From an uncultured Acidobacteriota bacterium (GTDB taxonomy: Bacteria; Acidobacteriota; Thermoanaerobaculia; Multivoradales; SZUA-115): 64,000 bases of DNA. Shown here piece by piece: positions 48,066 through 58,996 of the stretch (position 1 is its first letter; each line of letters begins with the position of its first letter). The position numbers and the translations under genes were made by a program. The DNA is taken from assembly GCA_963805975.1 (NCBI GenBank), contig CAWDVR010000004.1:480001-544000 (forward strand), written 5' to 3'. The notes beneath the pieces were generated by a model, which saw nothing but the letters and a program-made list of their open reading frames with translations, searched no databases and had not been told where the DNA came from.

Positions 48066-49343
48066 GTGGAGCTGACCTTCTCGGCCCGAAACGTCCTGGT
48101 GGGCGCGAGCCTGCTGGGGATCGCCGGCGGCGTGCTGGGCGGCTTCGCGCTGCTGCGGCGGCAGAGCCTCCTGGGTGACGCGCTCGCCCACGCGGCGCTG
48201 CCGGGCGTGTGCGTGGCCTATCTCCTCACCCACAGCAAGAGCCCGGCACCGCTCCTGGCCGGTGCGCTGGTGGCGGGTCTCCTGGGCGCTCTCCTGATCC
48301 TCGCCGTGCGCCGCTTCTCGCGCATCAAGGAGGACGCGGCGATCGGCATCGTGCTGTCGGTCTTCTTCGGCGCCGGGATCGTGCTCCTCACCCACATCCA
48401 GAAGCTGCCGTTCGCCAACCAGAGCGGGCTCGACAAGTTCCTCTTCGGGCAGGCGGCGACTCTCATGCCGCGCGACATCGTGGTGATGGCCGTGCTGGTG
48501 ACCCTGGTGCTCGGCACCACCTTCCTGTTCTTCAAGGAGCTCAAGCTGCTGGCCTTCGACCGCGAGTTCGGCGCCAGCCTGGGCTATCCCATGCGGAGCA
48601 TCGAGATCCTGCTCACTCTGCTCCTGGTGGTGGTCGTCGTGGTGGGGTTGCAGACCGTGGGCGTGGTGCTGATGGTGGCGACGCTCGTCACCCCCGCGGC
48701 CGCCGCCCGCCAGTGGACGGACCGGCTGGGGCTGATGCTGCTCCTGTCGGCGGCGATCGGCGGCACCTCGGGCGCCGCCGGGGCGCTGCTCTCGGCGAGC
48801 GTCGAGCGCCTGCCGACCGGGCCGACGATCGTGCTGCTGTCGAGCGCGGCGCTGGTCGTCTCGCTGGTCTTGGCACCCCGTCGCGGGCTCCTGCAAGCGT
48901 TCCTGAAAGACCGGCGGGTGGCGACCCGCATCCGGCGCGAGAACCTGCTCAAGGATCTCTATGTCTGGACCGAGCGGGGGAGCGGTCAGGGCGACCACTG
49001 GCTGCACTGGCCGGACCTCATGGGCACGCGCGGCCAGAGCGGCGGGCAGGTCTCCTCCGTGGCGAGGGCGCTGGCGAGGAATGGGCTCGCCGAGACCAGC
49101 GGACGCGGCGTGCGGTTGACGGCGGAGGGCCTGGCCGCGGCCCAGGCCGTGGTGCGGAGACACCGGCTGTGGGAGGTGTACCTGACGCGTCGCCTGGAGC
49201 TGCCGAGCGACCACGTGCACCGCGACGCCGAGGTAATGGAGCACGCGCTCACCGACGACGACGCGGCCGAGCTCGAAGAGCTGCTGGGCTCGCCCACCGT
49301 CGACCCCCACGGCAGCCCGATCCCGCCGCGGAGGGTGGCATGA
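48066..49343 (+). CDS. Mn/Zn ABC permease fused to a DtxR/MntR-type domain (TroC/YtgCR-like)
   Basis: LLGDALAHAALPG, KEDAAIG; C-terminal RRHRLWEVYL..DHVHRDAEVMEH..DPHGSPIP. Confidence 0.9.
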   Translation: MELTFSARNVLVGASLLGIAGGVLGGFALLRRQSLLGDALAHAALPGVCVAYLLTHSKSPAPLLAGALVAGLLGALLILAVRRFSRIKEDAAIGIVLSVFFGAGIVLLTHIQKLPFANQSGLDKFLFGQAATLMPRDIVVMAVLVTLVLGTTFLFFKELKLLAFDREFGASLGYPMRSIEILLTLLLVVVVVVGLQTVGVVLMVATLVTPAAAARQWTDRLGLMLLLSAAIGGTSGAAGALLSASVERLPTGPTIVLLSSAALVVSLVLAPRRGLLQAFLKDRRVATRIRRENLLKDLYVWTERGSGQGDHWLHWPDLMGTRGQSGGQVSSVARALARNGLAETSGRGVRLTAEGLAAAQAVVRRHRLWEVYLTRRLELPSDHVHRDAEVMEHALTDDDAAELEELLGSPTVDPHGSPIPPRRVA

Positions 49344-50449
49344 GCCCGACGCTGGTCATCCTCGTGGTGGGCGCCCTGGTCGCCGCCTCCTGCGCTCTGG
49401 TCGGCGCGTTCCTGGTGCTGCGCCAGATGGCCCTCCTGGGCGACGCCATCAGCCACGCCGTGCTGCCCGGCATCGTCCTCGCCTTTCTCCTGACCGGCGA
49501 TCGGAGCACGCTTCCGATGGTGCTCGGGGCGGGAGCCTTCGGCGTGCTGACGGTGCTCCTGGTGGAGCTCTTCAACCGCACGCGCCGGCTGCGCGAGGAC
49601 GCCTCGATCGGCGTCGTGTTCCCGGCCCTCTTCGCCTTCGGCGTGCTGCTGGTCAGCCGCTACGCGGCACAGGTCGACCTCGACCTCGACTGCGTGCTCT
49701 ACGGCGAGATCGCCTACGCGCCCTGGGACCTGCTCTATGCCGGCGGCCGCTCGCTCGGGCCCAAGGCCCTGTGGATCAACGGCACGGTGCTGGCCGTGAA
49801 CGTGGCCATCGTGCTCCTCTTCTACAAGGAGCTCAAGCTCGCCACCTTCGACCGCGAGCTGGCCGCCGCGCTCGGCTTCCTGCCGGCCGCTCTCCACTAC
49901 CTCCTGATGAGCATGGTGTCGATCACCGTGGTGGGCGCCTTCGAGAGCGTGGGGGCGATCCTGGTGGTGGCGATGCTGATCGTGCCGCCGGCCACCGCCT
50001 ATCTCCTCACCGACCGGCTCTCGCGCATGCTGCTGCTCTCGGCGGCGCTCGGCGTGGCCTCGGCCGGCGGCGGCTACGCCATGGCGCGCTGGCTCGACGC
50101 CTCGATCGCCGGCTCCATGGCCACGGTGGCGGGCGCCATGTTCCTCCTCACCTTCCTGCTCTCGCCGCGCTACGGCCTCGTGGCGCGGGCCGTCCGCCAC
50201 CGGCGGCTGACGTTCGCCACCGCCGACCAGCTCGTGATGCTCCACCTCTCCCACGGCAGCGAGGGCCTGCCGAAGGCCGAGGTCGTCCGCCGCTTCGCCT
50301 GGCCGGCGCGGCGCCTCGAAGCGACGGTCCGCCGCCTCGCTGCCCGCGGCTGGATCGAGGCCAACGGCTCGGGCTTGAAGCTCACCACCACCGGCGCCAC
50401 GGCTCTCGAAGCCAGCGGCCAGGCGGTGCTGCGGCACCAAGGGACGTAG
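49340..50449 (+). CDS. Mn/Zn ABC permease (TroD-like) with a C-terminal wHTH-like extension
   Basis: GDAISHAVLPG, REDASIG, FESVGAILVVAML; tail LAARGWI...LKLTTTG. Confidence 0.9.
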   Translation: MSPTLVILVVGALVAASCALVGAFLVLRQMALLGDAISHAVLPGIVLAFLLTGDRSTLPMVLGAGAFGVLTVLLVELFNRTRRLREDASIGVVFPALFAFGVLLVSRYAAQVDLDLDCVLYGEIAYAPWDLLYAGGRSLGPKALWINGTVLAVNVAIVLLFYKELKLATFDRELAAALGFLPAALHYLLMSMVSITVVGAFESVGAILVVAMLIVPPATAYLLTDRLSRMLLLSAALGVASAGGGYAMARWLDASIAGSMATVAGAMFLLTFLLSPRYGLVARAVRHRRLTFATADQLVMLHLSHGSEGLPKAEVVRRFAWPARRLEATVRRLAARGWIEANGSGLKLTTTGATALEASGQAVLRHQGT

Positions 50450-50450
50450 G

Positions 50451-50633
50451 TCAGGCCGCTGTCTGCTTCTCGGGCTCGTATGGTGGTGAGACGAGAAATC
50501 GGTCGCGATACTGCTCCTGCATCTCCATGTAGTAGGCGACCAAGCGCTCTGGATCGTGATCGAACCGGGCCGAGATGCGGTGGCGCACCTCACGCACCTC
50601 GTCGATCACCGGATCAGCCTTACTCGGGATCAT
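50451..50633 (-). CDS. Small putative antitoxin partner of the PIN protein
   Basis: DPVIDEVREVRHRIS.RFDHD..RLVAY; overlaps the PIN gene end. Confidence 0.7.
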   Translation of the reverse strand: MIPSKADPVIDEVREVRHRISARFDHDPERLVAYYMEMQEQYRDRFLVSPPYEPEKQTAA

Positions 50634-51108
50634 CGGCGCCTCCCAGTAGCTCGAGTGGTGTCACCATCGCGGGCACGAACAGGCCAAGCATGGTGTTCAC
50701 ACGGCGAATGTGCCCGAACTTGTTGGCGTTGGCAAGATGCTGGCAGTTCCAGGTAACCAGAAAGTCGCATTTGTGGTACGAGGCGAGTGCCAGGTGGAGC
50801 ACGTCTCCGCCAGGATTGGCGGGCATGATCTTGTGGCCGATATAGGCGGTAACGATCTCCGCGATCGCCGGCTCGATCGGGAGCAGAGGAAGGTCGGCCA
50901 GTAGACCGAGCCGGAGTGCACTGCGTTCTTGTGGGGCCGCCGCCAACTCGTCCAGCACGGCAGGGCTCGTAACGAGGTCATACCGATCGATGGCGCCGCT
51001 CCACCACTCGCGAGTCCATTCCCGGCGAACTACGATGTCGGGTGCAGTCCGAGCGTCATGGTAAAAGCTCGGAATCGTGGTCTCGACGTAGACCCGCGGC
51101 TTGCTCAC
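50620..51108 (-). CDS. PIN-domain (VapC-like) protein
   Basis: RVYVETTIPS, DVLHLALA, DFLVTWNCQHLAN, TPLEL; GTG start at 51108. Confidence 0.88.
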   Translation of the reverse strand: MSKPRVYVETTIPSFYHDARTAPDIVVRREWTREWWSGAIDRYDLVTSPAVLDELAAAPQERSALRLGLLADLPLLPIEPAIAEIVTAYIGHKIMPANPGGDVLHLALASYHKCDFLVTWNCQHLANANKFGHIRRVNTMLGLFVPAMVTPLELLGGADDPE

Positions 51109-51218
51109 GCGGCCAAGATAGCACCTGCCCCGCAGCTTTCTCCTGTGTTCAGCGGAGACGCAAACGGCCGAGGTCACCCCCGGCCGTGAGCTGAGTAGGT
51201 CACCCTCCGTCTTTTACT

Positions 51219-54200
51219 TCACGGCACCGGCTTGGTGGGCACGGAGTCGTAGTGCTCCTGGGTACGCACCGGGTCGGCCGGGCGGACCGGGAGCTTCTTG
51301 GGGTTGGCGGCGATGGCCTTCATCACCTCCGCGATGCCGCGCTCGAGCTGCGGGTCGCGGCCGGCGATCACCGACTGCGGGTCGTTGGCCACCTCGATGT
51401 CCGGCGCCACGCCGTACCCTTCGATGATGTACTGGCCGGAGACCGAGGCCGAGGCGCTCTCCGGCACGAAGACCTGGCCGCCGTCGACCAGGGGCCCGCG
51501 GCCCGAGATGCCGACCACCCCGCCCCAGCTCCGCTTGCCGATCAGGGGACCCAGGCCCGCCTGGCGGAACATGTAGGGAAAGATGTCGCCGTCCGAGGCC
51601 GAGGTCTCGGAGATCAGGCAGGCCATGGGGCCGTAGAAGGTGGCGACCGGGTAGGTGCCGGCCAGCTCGTCCGTGCGGCCGAAGTCGGTGCCCAGGAGGC
51701 GCCGCGACAGCCGCTCGATGAGCATCGGCGAGACGTTGCCGCCGCCGTTGCCCCGCACGTCGACCACCAGCCCTTCCTTGCGGATCTGACCGTAGTACCA
51801 CTTGATGAACTCGCGGATGCCGTCCTCGCCCATATCGGGGATGTGGAGGTAGCCCACCCGGCCGTTGGTGGCCTTGTCGACGCGCTCGTAGTTCCTGGTC
51901 ACCCAGTCGAGATAGATGAGCGGCGTCTCGCTCGAAATCGGCCGGAAGGTCACCTTGCGGGAGCCTTCGAGACTGGGCTTGGAGTGGACCGTCAGCTCCA
52001 CCGGCCGGTCCGCCTTGTTGCGCAGCAGCCGGTAGGGGTCGTCATTGCCTTTGAGCTCGACGCCGTCGATCTCCAGCACGTAGTCGCCTTCCTTCACCTC
52101 GACGCCGATCTCGGTGAGCGGCGAGCGGTAACGGTCCTCGCTGTTCTGGCCCGCGAAGATGTGGGCGATCTTGTACCTGCCCGCGGCGCGGTCGAGCTCG
52201 AAGCGGGCGCCCGGCAGCGCCACGCGCGCCCGTTCCGGCAGGTCGAAGTCGCCGCCGGCGATGTAGGCGTGGGAGATGTTGAGCTCGGCGATCATCTCGC
52301 CGATCACGTAGTTCAGGTCGGAGCGGTGGGCGACGTGCTGGAGGAGCGAGCGGTAGCGCTCGCCGATCGCCTGCCAGTCGTAGCCGTGCAGGTTGGCGAC
52401 GTAGAACCAGTCACGGAAGCGCCGCCAGACCTCGTCGAAGATCTGCCGCCACTCCTCCTCGGGCACGCGGTCCACCATCATCCCGGCGGTCGACACCGTC
52501 TTCTTGCTGTCGTCGCCGCCGGGCTTGGCCTCGTAGACGTTCCAGCGCTCACCCTGGTGCACGAGGACCTTGGAGCCGTCGGCGGAGAGTGAGTAGCCCG
52601 AGGTGTCCTTGGCGAGCACGTGGAACTCGCGGTCCTCGAGCGAGTAGACGTGGAGCGAAGGCTGGTCGTAGCTGTCGCGGCCGTAGAAGAACGCGCCGCC
52701 CTTGACCAGCAGGAGGTGTCCCTCCTTGGCGGCGAGGGCGAAGTAGTTGTCGGCCTCGACCGGCACTCGGGCGACGCGCTGCTCGATCCCGTCCCAGTCG
52801 ATCTTCACCGGCTTCCTGGCGGGCTTGGCGTCGCCTTCCTTCTCGTCGTCGCCCTTGCCCTTCTCGTCCTTCTTGTCCTTGTCTTTCGGGTCCTTCTCGT
52901 CGCCGGGTTTCTCGGCGTCCTTCTCTTCTTTCTTGTCGACGGTCACTTCGTCGCTCTCCGGCGGGAAGGGGTGCGGCGTTCCCTTGGCCAGGGCCACGAC
53001 GTAGACCTCGGTCGCACGATTGGTGACGAAGTTCCATTCGATGAACGAGATCTGCGGAGCGTTGGCGGCGTCGGCCAGGTAGTAGAGATACTGGCCCTTG
53101 GGATCCCAGACCGGGTTGTACTCGCTGCCGAGAGCGCCCGTCACCTGGCGCTTCTTGCCGTCGGCCAGGCTCCAGATGTGCACCGAGCGGAAACCGGACG
53201 CTTCCGCCAGGCTGAACGCCAGGTAGGCGCTGTCCGGGGACCAGGTGTAGTCGCCCACCTGCCCGCGCAGGTCGTCGGCGACCTGCACCACTTTGCGGTC
53301 GGCGATGGTCAGCACGTAGACCTTGCCGTCCTTGTCGGCGAAGGCGAGGCGCTTGCCGTCCGGCGACCAGACCGGCTGGTAGCGCATCGCCTTGCCGCCG
53401 GTGGTTAGCTGTACCGGCTTGCCCTTGCCGCTCTGGTCGAGGAGATAGATCTCCTCTTCACCCGAGGCGTCGGAGATGTAGGCGAGCTGCGAGCCGTCCG
53501 GCGACCAGTTGGCGGCCTTCTCGTGCGATTTCGGTGACTGCGTCAGGTTGCGGGTCGGGCCCTTCTCGATCGGCGCCGTGAACAGGTCGCCGCGCGAGGC
53601 GAAGGCGACGCGCTCGGCCTTGGGAGAGAGATCGAAGCTCTCGATGTCCTCGCCGGCCGGTACCCGGGACGGCCGCTTGTAGACGCCGTCGTCCGGCACG
53701 AAGATCGAGATCGCCTTGGCCTGTCGCGCCTTGGTGTCGTAGACCGAGAGCTCGCCGCCCAGCTCGTAGACGATCTTGCCGGTAGCCTCGTCGGCGCTCG
53801 CCCAGCGCACGTCCCAGGAGGTGCTCTTGGTGAGCTGCTCGGCCTCGCCGGGCTTCAGGTCCTGCGCGTAGAGGTTGAGCGTGCCGTCGCGGTCGGAGAC
53901 GAAGTAGAACTTGTCGCCGATCCACATCGGGTCGCGGTCGGTGCGTGGAGTGTTGGTGAGGTTGGTGGCCTGACTGCTCGCCAGGTCGTAGAGGTAGAGA
54001 TCCTGCGCCCAACCGCCCTGGTACCGCTTCCAGGTGCGGAAGTCGCGCGCCAGCGGCGAGTAGACCAGTTTCTTGCCGTCCGCCGAGAAGGCGCCGGCAC
54101 CCGAGGTGGGCATCGGCAGGGGCTCGGCCAGGCCACCGGTCGCGGGCACGGTGTAGAGGCGGCTGTCCGAGATGTCCCAGGTGTCCGAGAAAGCGCGGAA

Positions 54201-54611
54201 CAGCACGCTCTTGCCGTCCGGCGTCCAGCCGTAGACCTGGTGATCGTAGCCCCAGCGCGGGGGCAGGGGGCCCACGGCGGGGTAGAACGTGAGCTGCTTG
54301 GGCACGCCGCCGGCGGTCGGCACCACGTACACCTGCTCGTCGCCGTCGTACTGGCCGGTGAAGGCGATCCACTGGCCGTCGGGCGAGAACCTGGGGAAGA
54401 TCTCGAGGCCGGGATGGGCGGTGAGACGCCGGGCCGCGCCGCCGCCGGCGGGAGCCAGCCAGAGGTCGCCCGCGTAGACGAAGGCCACGGTGTCGCCATG
54501 GATGTCGGGGAAGCGCAGCAACTTCGTCTGCGCGGCCGCCGGGGCGGTCAGGCCGAGGCTCAAGCCCAAGCCCAGGGCCGCGCTGATCGAGATCGATCGA
54601 AATCGGGACAT
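51219..54611 (-). CDS. Tricorn protease homologue (S41, secreted)
   Basis: Signal peptide, PD40 propellers, [44 protein letters not shown]. Confidence 0.94.
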   Translation of the reverse strand: MSRFRSISISAALGLGLSLGLTAPAAAQTKLLRFPDIHGDTVAFVYAGDLWLAPAGGGAARRLTAHPGLEIFPRFSPDGQWIAFTGQYDGDEQVYVVPTAGGVPKQLTFYPAVGPLPPRWGYDHQVYGWTPDGKSVLFRAFSDTWDISDSRLYTVPATGGLAEPLPMPTSGAGAFSADGKKLVYSPLARDFRTWKRYQGGWAQDLYLYDLASSQATNLTNTPRTDRDPMWIGDKFYFVSDRDGTLNLYAQDLKPGEAEQLTKSTSWDVRWASADEATGKIVYELGGELSVYDTKARQAKAISIFVPDDGVYKRPSRVPAGEDIESFDLSPKAERVAFASRGDLFTAPIEKGPTRNLTQSPKSHEKAANWSPDGSQLAYISDASGEEEIYLLDQSGKGKPVQLTTGGKAMRYQPVWSPDGKRLAFADKDGKVYVLTIADRKVVQVADDLRGQVGDYTWSPDSAYLAFSLAEASGFRSVHIWSLADGKKRQVTGALGSEYNPVWDPKGQYLYYLADAANAPQISFIEWNFVTNRATEVYVVALAKGTPHPFPPESDEVTVDKKEEKDAEKPGDEKDPKDKDKKDEKGKGDDEKEGDAKPARKPVKIDWDGIEQRVARVPVEADNYFALAAKEGHLLLVKGGAFFYGRDSYDQPSLHVYSLEDREFHVLAKDTSGYSLSADGSKVLVHQGERWNVYEAKPGGDDSKKTVSTAGMMVDRVPEEEWRQIFDEVWRRFRDWFYVANLHGYDWQAIGERYRSLLQHVAHRSDLNYVIGEMIAELNISHAYIAGGDFDLPERARVALPGARFELDRAAGRYKIAHIFAGQNSEDRYRSPLTEIGVEVKEGDYVLEIDGVELKGNDDPYRLLRNKADRPVELTVHSKPSLEGSRKVTFRPISSETPLIYLDWVTRNYERVDKATNGRVGYLHIPDMGEDGIREFIKWYYGQIRKEGLVVDVRGNGGGNVSPMLIERLSRRLLGTDFGRTDELAGTYPVATFYGPMACLISETSASDGDIFPYMFRQAGLGPLIGKRSWGGVVGISGRGPLVDGGQVFVPESASASVSGQYIIEGYGVAPDIEVANDPQSVIAGRDPQLERGIAEVMKAIAANPKKLPVRPADPVRTQEHYDSVPTKPVP

Positions 54612-54812
54612 GCTTTATCTCCAGGTTAGGTCGTCGAGCTTACTACGATTGTCGGCGGAGAAGGTTGCCGGCGGGTTTGCGGCCCCCCGGCTTATACCCT
54701 ATGCTTGCAGCCGCTTGCGGCTCCCCGAGCACCACGGAAGCTAGCGTCTAAGACTACACAGCTCCTAAGGCTATAAATCCCGCCGCTCCACGCTGGGAGA
54801 AGGGCTCTCTCG

Positions 54813-55793
54813 ATGGAGATTCACGACCACATCCTGCAAACGCTCGGCAACACGCCGCTCGTCCGACTGTCGCGGTTCTCGCGCCACGGCGCGCCGCTCG
54901 CCGCCAAGATCGAGTCCTTCAACCCCGGCTCGAGCGTCAAGGACCGCATCGGTCTGGCGATGATCGAGGCGGCCGAAGAGGCCGGCCAGCTCCAGCCGGG
55001 CGGCCTGATCGTCGAGCCCACCTCCGGCAACACCGGCGTGGGGCTGGTCATGGCGGCGATCCTCAAAGGCTACCGGCTGATCTGCACCGCGGCCGAGAAG
55101 ATCCCCAAGGAGAAGGTGGCGCTGCTCGAGGCCTACGGCGCCAAGGTCATCATCTGCCCCTTGGACGTCGAGCCCGACGACCCGCGGTCCTACTACAAGG
55201 TCGCCGAGCGCATCCGCGACGAGGAAGGCGCCTTCCTGCCCTACCAGTACTACAACCAGGCCAACCCCGGGGCCCACTACAAGACCACCGGCCCCGAGAT
55301 CTGGCGCCAGACCGACGGCAAGATCACGCACTGGGTGGCCGGCATCGGCACCGGCGGCACCCTGACCGGCTCGGCCAAGTTCTTGAAGGAGCAGAACCCC
55401 GCGATCCGCGTCATCGGCGTCGATCCGGTGGGCAGCATCTACGCCTACTACCAGCACCACGGCGTGATGCCGCCGCCCGAGGAGCAGGGCACCTATCTGA
55501 CCGACGGCATCGGCGGCTCGATCAAGGCCGAGTCCGCCTGGCTCGAGTACGTGGACGACATCATCTCGATGGACGACAAGACCGCGTACCAGACGACGCT
55601 CGAGCTGGCGCGCACCGAGGCCATCTTCGGCGGCTCCTCGAGCGGCGCCGCCGCGGCGGGAGCGCGCCGCATCGCCGCGGAGCTGCCGCCGGAGGCCCTG
55701 GTGGTGACGCTCTTCCCGGACTCGGGCGAGCGCTATCTGTCTCGCCTCAACGAGGAATGGATGCGCGCCAAGGGACTCCTCGACGAGCCCTAG
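54813..55793 (+). CDS. PLP-dependent cysteine synthase / cystathionine beta-synthase family protein
   Basis: GNTPLV, NPGSSVKDR, PTSGNTG, GTGGT, PDSGERYLS. Confidence 0.92.
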   Translation: MEIHDHILQTLGNTPLVRLSRFSRHGAPLAAKIESFNPGSSVKDRIGLAMIEAAEEAGQLQPGGLIVEPTSGNTGVGLVMAAILKGYRLICTAAEKIPKEKVALLEAYGAKVIICPLDVEPDDPRSYYKVAERIRDEEGAFLPYQYYNQANPGAHYKTTGPEIWRQTDGKITHWVAGIGTGGTLTGSAKFLKEQNPAIRVIGVDPVGSIYAYYQHHGVMPPPEEQGTYLTDGIGGSIKAESAWLEYVDDIISMDDKTAYQTTLELARTEAIFGGSSSGAAAAGARRIAAELPPEALVVTLFPDSGERYLSRLNEEWMRAKGLLDEP

Positions 55794-55811
55794 CTCACGA
55801 AGGACGAAGGA

Positions 55812-56294
55812 ATGGCGATCTCAGCCGAAGACTACCGGGACGCCTTGCGCCACTTTCCCGCCGGGGTCACCATCCTGACAGTGCGGGTCGGCGAGGAGAT
55901 CCACGGCCTGACCGTCTCCGCCTTCGCCTCGGTGTCGCCCGCGCCGCCACTCGTCGCCGTGATCATCGACCTCCGCCACCACGCGCACGAGCTGCTCGAA
56001 ACGGAAGGGGCGGCCTTCGCCGTCAACGTGCTCGCCCACGACCAGCAGGAGCTCTCCAACCGCTTCGCCTGGACGCCCAGCGAGGAGCGCTTCGGCGCCG
56101 GCCGCTGGACGACGGCCGTCACCGGCGCGCCGATCCTCGAAGATGCCCTCGCCTGGCTCGACTGCCGGATCTACGGCCGTCACCCGGCGGGCAGCCATTC
56201 CATCTACGTCGGCGAGGTGCTGGCGAGCGGCGTGCCGAGGAACGAAGTGCAGCCGCTCGTGTACTGGAACCGCGACTACCGAAACCTGGCCTGA
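55812..56294 (+). CDS. Flavin reductase family protein
   Basis: YRDALRHFPAGVTI, GLTVSAFASVS, AGSHSIYVGEV, PLVY. Confidence 0.9.
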   Translation: MAISAEDYRDALRHFPAGVTILTVRVGEEIHGLTVSAFASVSPAPPLVAVIIDLRHHAHELLETEGAAFAVNVLAHDQQELSNRFAWTPSEERFGAGRWTTAVTGAPILEDALAWLDCRIYGRHPAGSHSIYVGEVLASGVPRNEVQPLVYWNRDYRNLA

Positions 56295-56303
56295 GGAGGC
56301 CCC

Positions 56304-57581
56304 ATGCGGCGAGCGATCGGCACCTTGGCAACGTGGACGGCGCTCGCTTGCGCCGCGGGTGCCGCAGCCGGAGAGGACCAGGGCTCGACCATGGAGCGAT
56401 TCCGTTCGCTGTTGCGCGAAGCGCCGCTCACCGACGGCCACAACGACCTGCCCTGGGCCTTGCGCGACAAGTACGGCGGCAAGCTCGACACCGTCGACCT
56501 GCGCCAGGATCTCTCCTCCGGCGAGAAGGCCCTCCAGACCGACATCCCCCGCCTCGCTCGAGGCGGTGTCGGCGCGCAATTCTGGTCGGTCTACGTGCCG
56601 GTCGATCTCGCGGGTGCAGCGGCTGTCGCGGCGGTGTTCGAGCAGATCGACCTCGTCCACCGGCTGTGCGCCCGCTACCCCGAAACCTTCGAGCTGGCGC
56701 TCACCGCCGCGGACGTCGAGCGGATCGCCAAGACCGGGAAAATCGCCTCGCTGATCGGTATGGAAGGCGGGCACTCGATCCACGAGTCTCTCGCCCTGCT
56801 GCGCCGCGCCTACGACGCCGGCGCCCGCTACATGACGCTCACTCACTGGGCGGCGACCGGCTGGGCCGACTCGGCCACGGACGCGCCCAAGCACGGCGGC
56901 CTGACGCGCTTCGGCGAAGAGGTGGTGCGCGAGATGAACCGGCTCGGCATGCTGGTCGACCTCTCGCACGTCTCGGCCGAGACGATGCACGACGCGCTCG
57001 CCGTGGCGGCTGCGCCGGTCATCTTTTCGCACTCCTCGGCACGGGCTTTGACCGCACATCCCCGCAACGTGCCGGATGACGTCCTGGCGAAGCTCCGGGA
57101 CAACGGCGGCCTGGTGATGGTGACCTTCGTGCCGGCCTTCGTCAGCGAGGAGGTGCGCGCCTGGGAAGCGGACGAGGCGGCGGAGAAGGCGCGGCTCGAC
57201 GTGCTGCATGTGGGCGACCCCGACGGAAACAAGCAAGCCCTCGCGGCCTGGACAGGATCGCACCCGGCGCCCCAGGCCACGCTCGCGCAGGTCGCGGACC
57301 ACCTGGACCACGTGCGCAAAGTGGCGGGCAGCGATCACGTGGGCGTCGGCTCGGACTTCGACGGCATCGAGCGCGGACCGGTCGGGCTGGAGGACGTCTC
57401 GACCTACCCGGCGCTCTTCGCCGAGCTCTCCCGGCGCGGCTGGTCCGACGAGGATCTGCGCAAGGCGGCCGGCGGCAACCTCCTGCGGGTCCTCCACGAG
57501 GCCGAGCGCACCGCGGCCCGCCTGCGCGCCGAGCGGCCGGCCTCGGAGGCGAAGATCGGGGATCTGGACAAGAGCGAGTAG
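56304..57581 (+). CDS. Membrane dipeptidase (M19)
   Basis: Signal peptide; DGHNDLP, EGGH, TLTH, DLSH, SHS, GSDFDG. Confidence 0.93.
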   Translation: MRRAIGTLATWTALACAAGAAAGEDQGSTMERFRSLLREAPLTDGHNDLPWALRDKYGGKLDTVDLRQDLSSGEKALQTDIPRLARGGVGAQFWSVYVPVDLAGAAAVAAVFEQIDLVHRLCARYPETFELALTAADVERIAKTGKIASLIGMEGGHSIHESLALLRRAYDAGARYMTLTHWAATGWADSATDAPKHGGLTRFGEEVVREMNRLGMLVDLSHVSAETMHDALAVAAAPVIFSHSSARALTAHPRNVPDDVLAKLRDNGGLVMVTFVPAFVSEEVRAWEADEAAEKARLDVLHVGDPDGNKQALAAWTGSHPAPQATLAQVADHLDHVRKVAGSDHVGVGSDFDGIERGPVGLEDVSTYPALFAELSRRGWSDEDLRKAAGGNLLRVLHEAERTAARLRAERPASEAKIGDLDKSE

Positions 57582-57599
57582 GGGCCGAGGCGGGCTGCT

Positions 57600-58979
57600 T
57601 CAGCGCCGGCTGCCGGGCTCGATTCGTTGGCTGCCGGATTGGGCTGCCAGGTCGAGTGCCAGGATCTTTTCCTTGTCGCGTACGAAGAGAGTGGTCGAGA
57701 CCAGGGTGGGGAGCGTCCAGGCGTGTGGCGCCGCGATCTTGGTGGCGGCCAGGAACTCGAACTCTTGCGGGGAGACCCGGGCGAGTGCCAGCCTGCCGTC
57801 CTCGGTGAGGAAGAGGAGCTTGCCGTCGGCCCACAGGGCCTGCGCCTTGTGAAAGCCCGCCTCCTGCCAGGTGACCTCGCCGGTCTTCCAGCGGACGGCG
57901 GCGAGCCGCGAGGTGTCGTTGCCGCCGATCGAGCCGTAGAGGAAGTCGCCGCGACAGTGGAGTGTCCAGTGCGACGTCCTGAGCTTTGGGCTGAACCAGA
58001 GCTCCTTGACCCCGAGACCGCCCTTCCCCGGCTGGATCTCGAGGAGGCGCCCCCCTCCGGTGTCGAACTGGCTGCTGATCCAGAGGTGGTTTTCGTCACA
58101 CCGGACCGCCGGCGTCAGGTGGTTGCCGTTGTTGAAGGGGATCGCGTGCTTCCAGAGCGTCTTGCCGGTGACGGGATCGAGAGCGACGACGCCCTCGGGC
58201 TCGAAGTAGATGTAGTGCTCGCGACCCGCGATGCGAGTGAGGGTCGGCTGCGCGTAGCTGACGCCGCCGGGCCCGCTCTTCCACACCACCGAGCCGTCGG
58301 CCGGGTCGAAGGCGACGACGGCGGCCTCGTCTCCTCCGACCAGGGTGAGGATGGTGCCGTTGTAGGAGAGTGGGCTGCCCGAGTATCCGTACTCCTCGAC
58401 TCGCTTGCGCCGGCCGAGCTCACGCGGCAGATCGTGTTTCCAGGCCACCGCACCCGTGCGCGCGTCGAGCGCCCGCATCCTGCCCGAGATGCCGATGCCG
58501 ACGACCTTGTTGGCGACGAACAGGGGAGTCGAGTTGGGGCCCAGGCCGAAGCTGTGCTCCATTTCCGGCCAGTAGCTCGGCGTGTCGCGTTGCTCCCATA
58601 GAGTCGAGCCGGTCCGGGCGTCGAGCGCCACGATCACGTCCTCGGTGCCGTCGCGAAACATGGTGAAGAGCCGTCCGCCCTCGTAGAGGATCGAGGAGTA
58701 GCCACCCCCCAAGGACCGTTGCCAGAGCCGCCGCGGGCCGTCCGCGGGCCACTCCTCGGCAAGCGCGCCCGCACCCGCGGTGAAGTCGCCTCCGGGGCCC
58801 GCCCAGCTCAGCCAGCCTTCGGGTCCGCCGCCCGGTGCCACGGGCTGGCCGGGAGCAGCGCCGCGCTCCCGGCCGCCGGCGATCAGGGACACGAGGAGAA
58901 CGAGGGCCACCGCCACTGCCAGGCGGACTAAGCGAACACCCCGGGACACCTGCGCGCGAGCCGGAATCACAGCGTGCAT
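57600..58979 (-). CDS. PQQ-binding-like beta-propeller protein (BamB-like)
   Basis: W.SWAGP..D; repeated ALDARTG..W; TPL, SPL, WTLP; start ATG at 58979 with SD AGGAG. Confidence 0.85.
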   Translation of the reverse strand: MHAVIPARAQVSRGVRLVRLAVAVALVLLVSLIAGGRERGAAPGQPVAPGGGPEGWLSWAGPGGDFTAGAGALAEEWPADGPRRLWQRSLGGGYSSILYEGGRLFTMFRDGTEDVIVALDARTGSTLWEQRDTPSYWPEMEHSFGLGPNSTPLFVANKVVGIGISGRMRALDARTGAVAWKHDLPRELGRRKRVEEYGYSGSPLSYNGTILTLVGGDEAAVVAFDPADGSVVWKSGPGGVSYAQPTLTRIAGREHYIYFEPEGVVALDPVTGKTLWKHAIPFNNGNHLTPAVRCDENHLWISSQFDTGGGRLLEIQPGKGGLGVKELWFSPKLRTSHWTLHCRGDFLYGSIGGNDTSRLAAVRWKTGEVTWQEAGFHKAQALWADGKLLFLTEDGRLALARVSPQEFEFLAATKIAAPHAWTLPTLVSTTLFVRDKEKILALDLAAQSGSQRIEPGSRR

Positions 58980-58996
58980 CTCCTGAGCCTCCAGCA

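Noticed and set aside
52830-52935. Purine/pyrimidine-skewed low-complexity tract
   Set aside because: Encodes the K/D/E-rich linker common in tricorn homologues.
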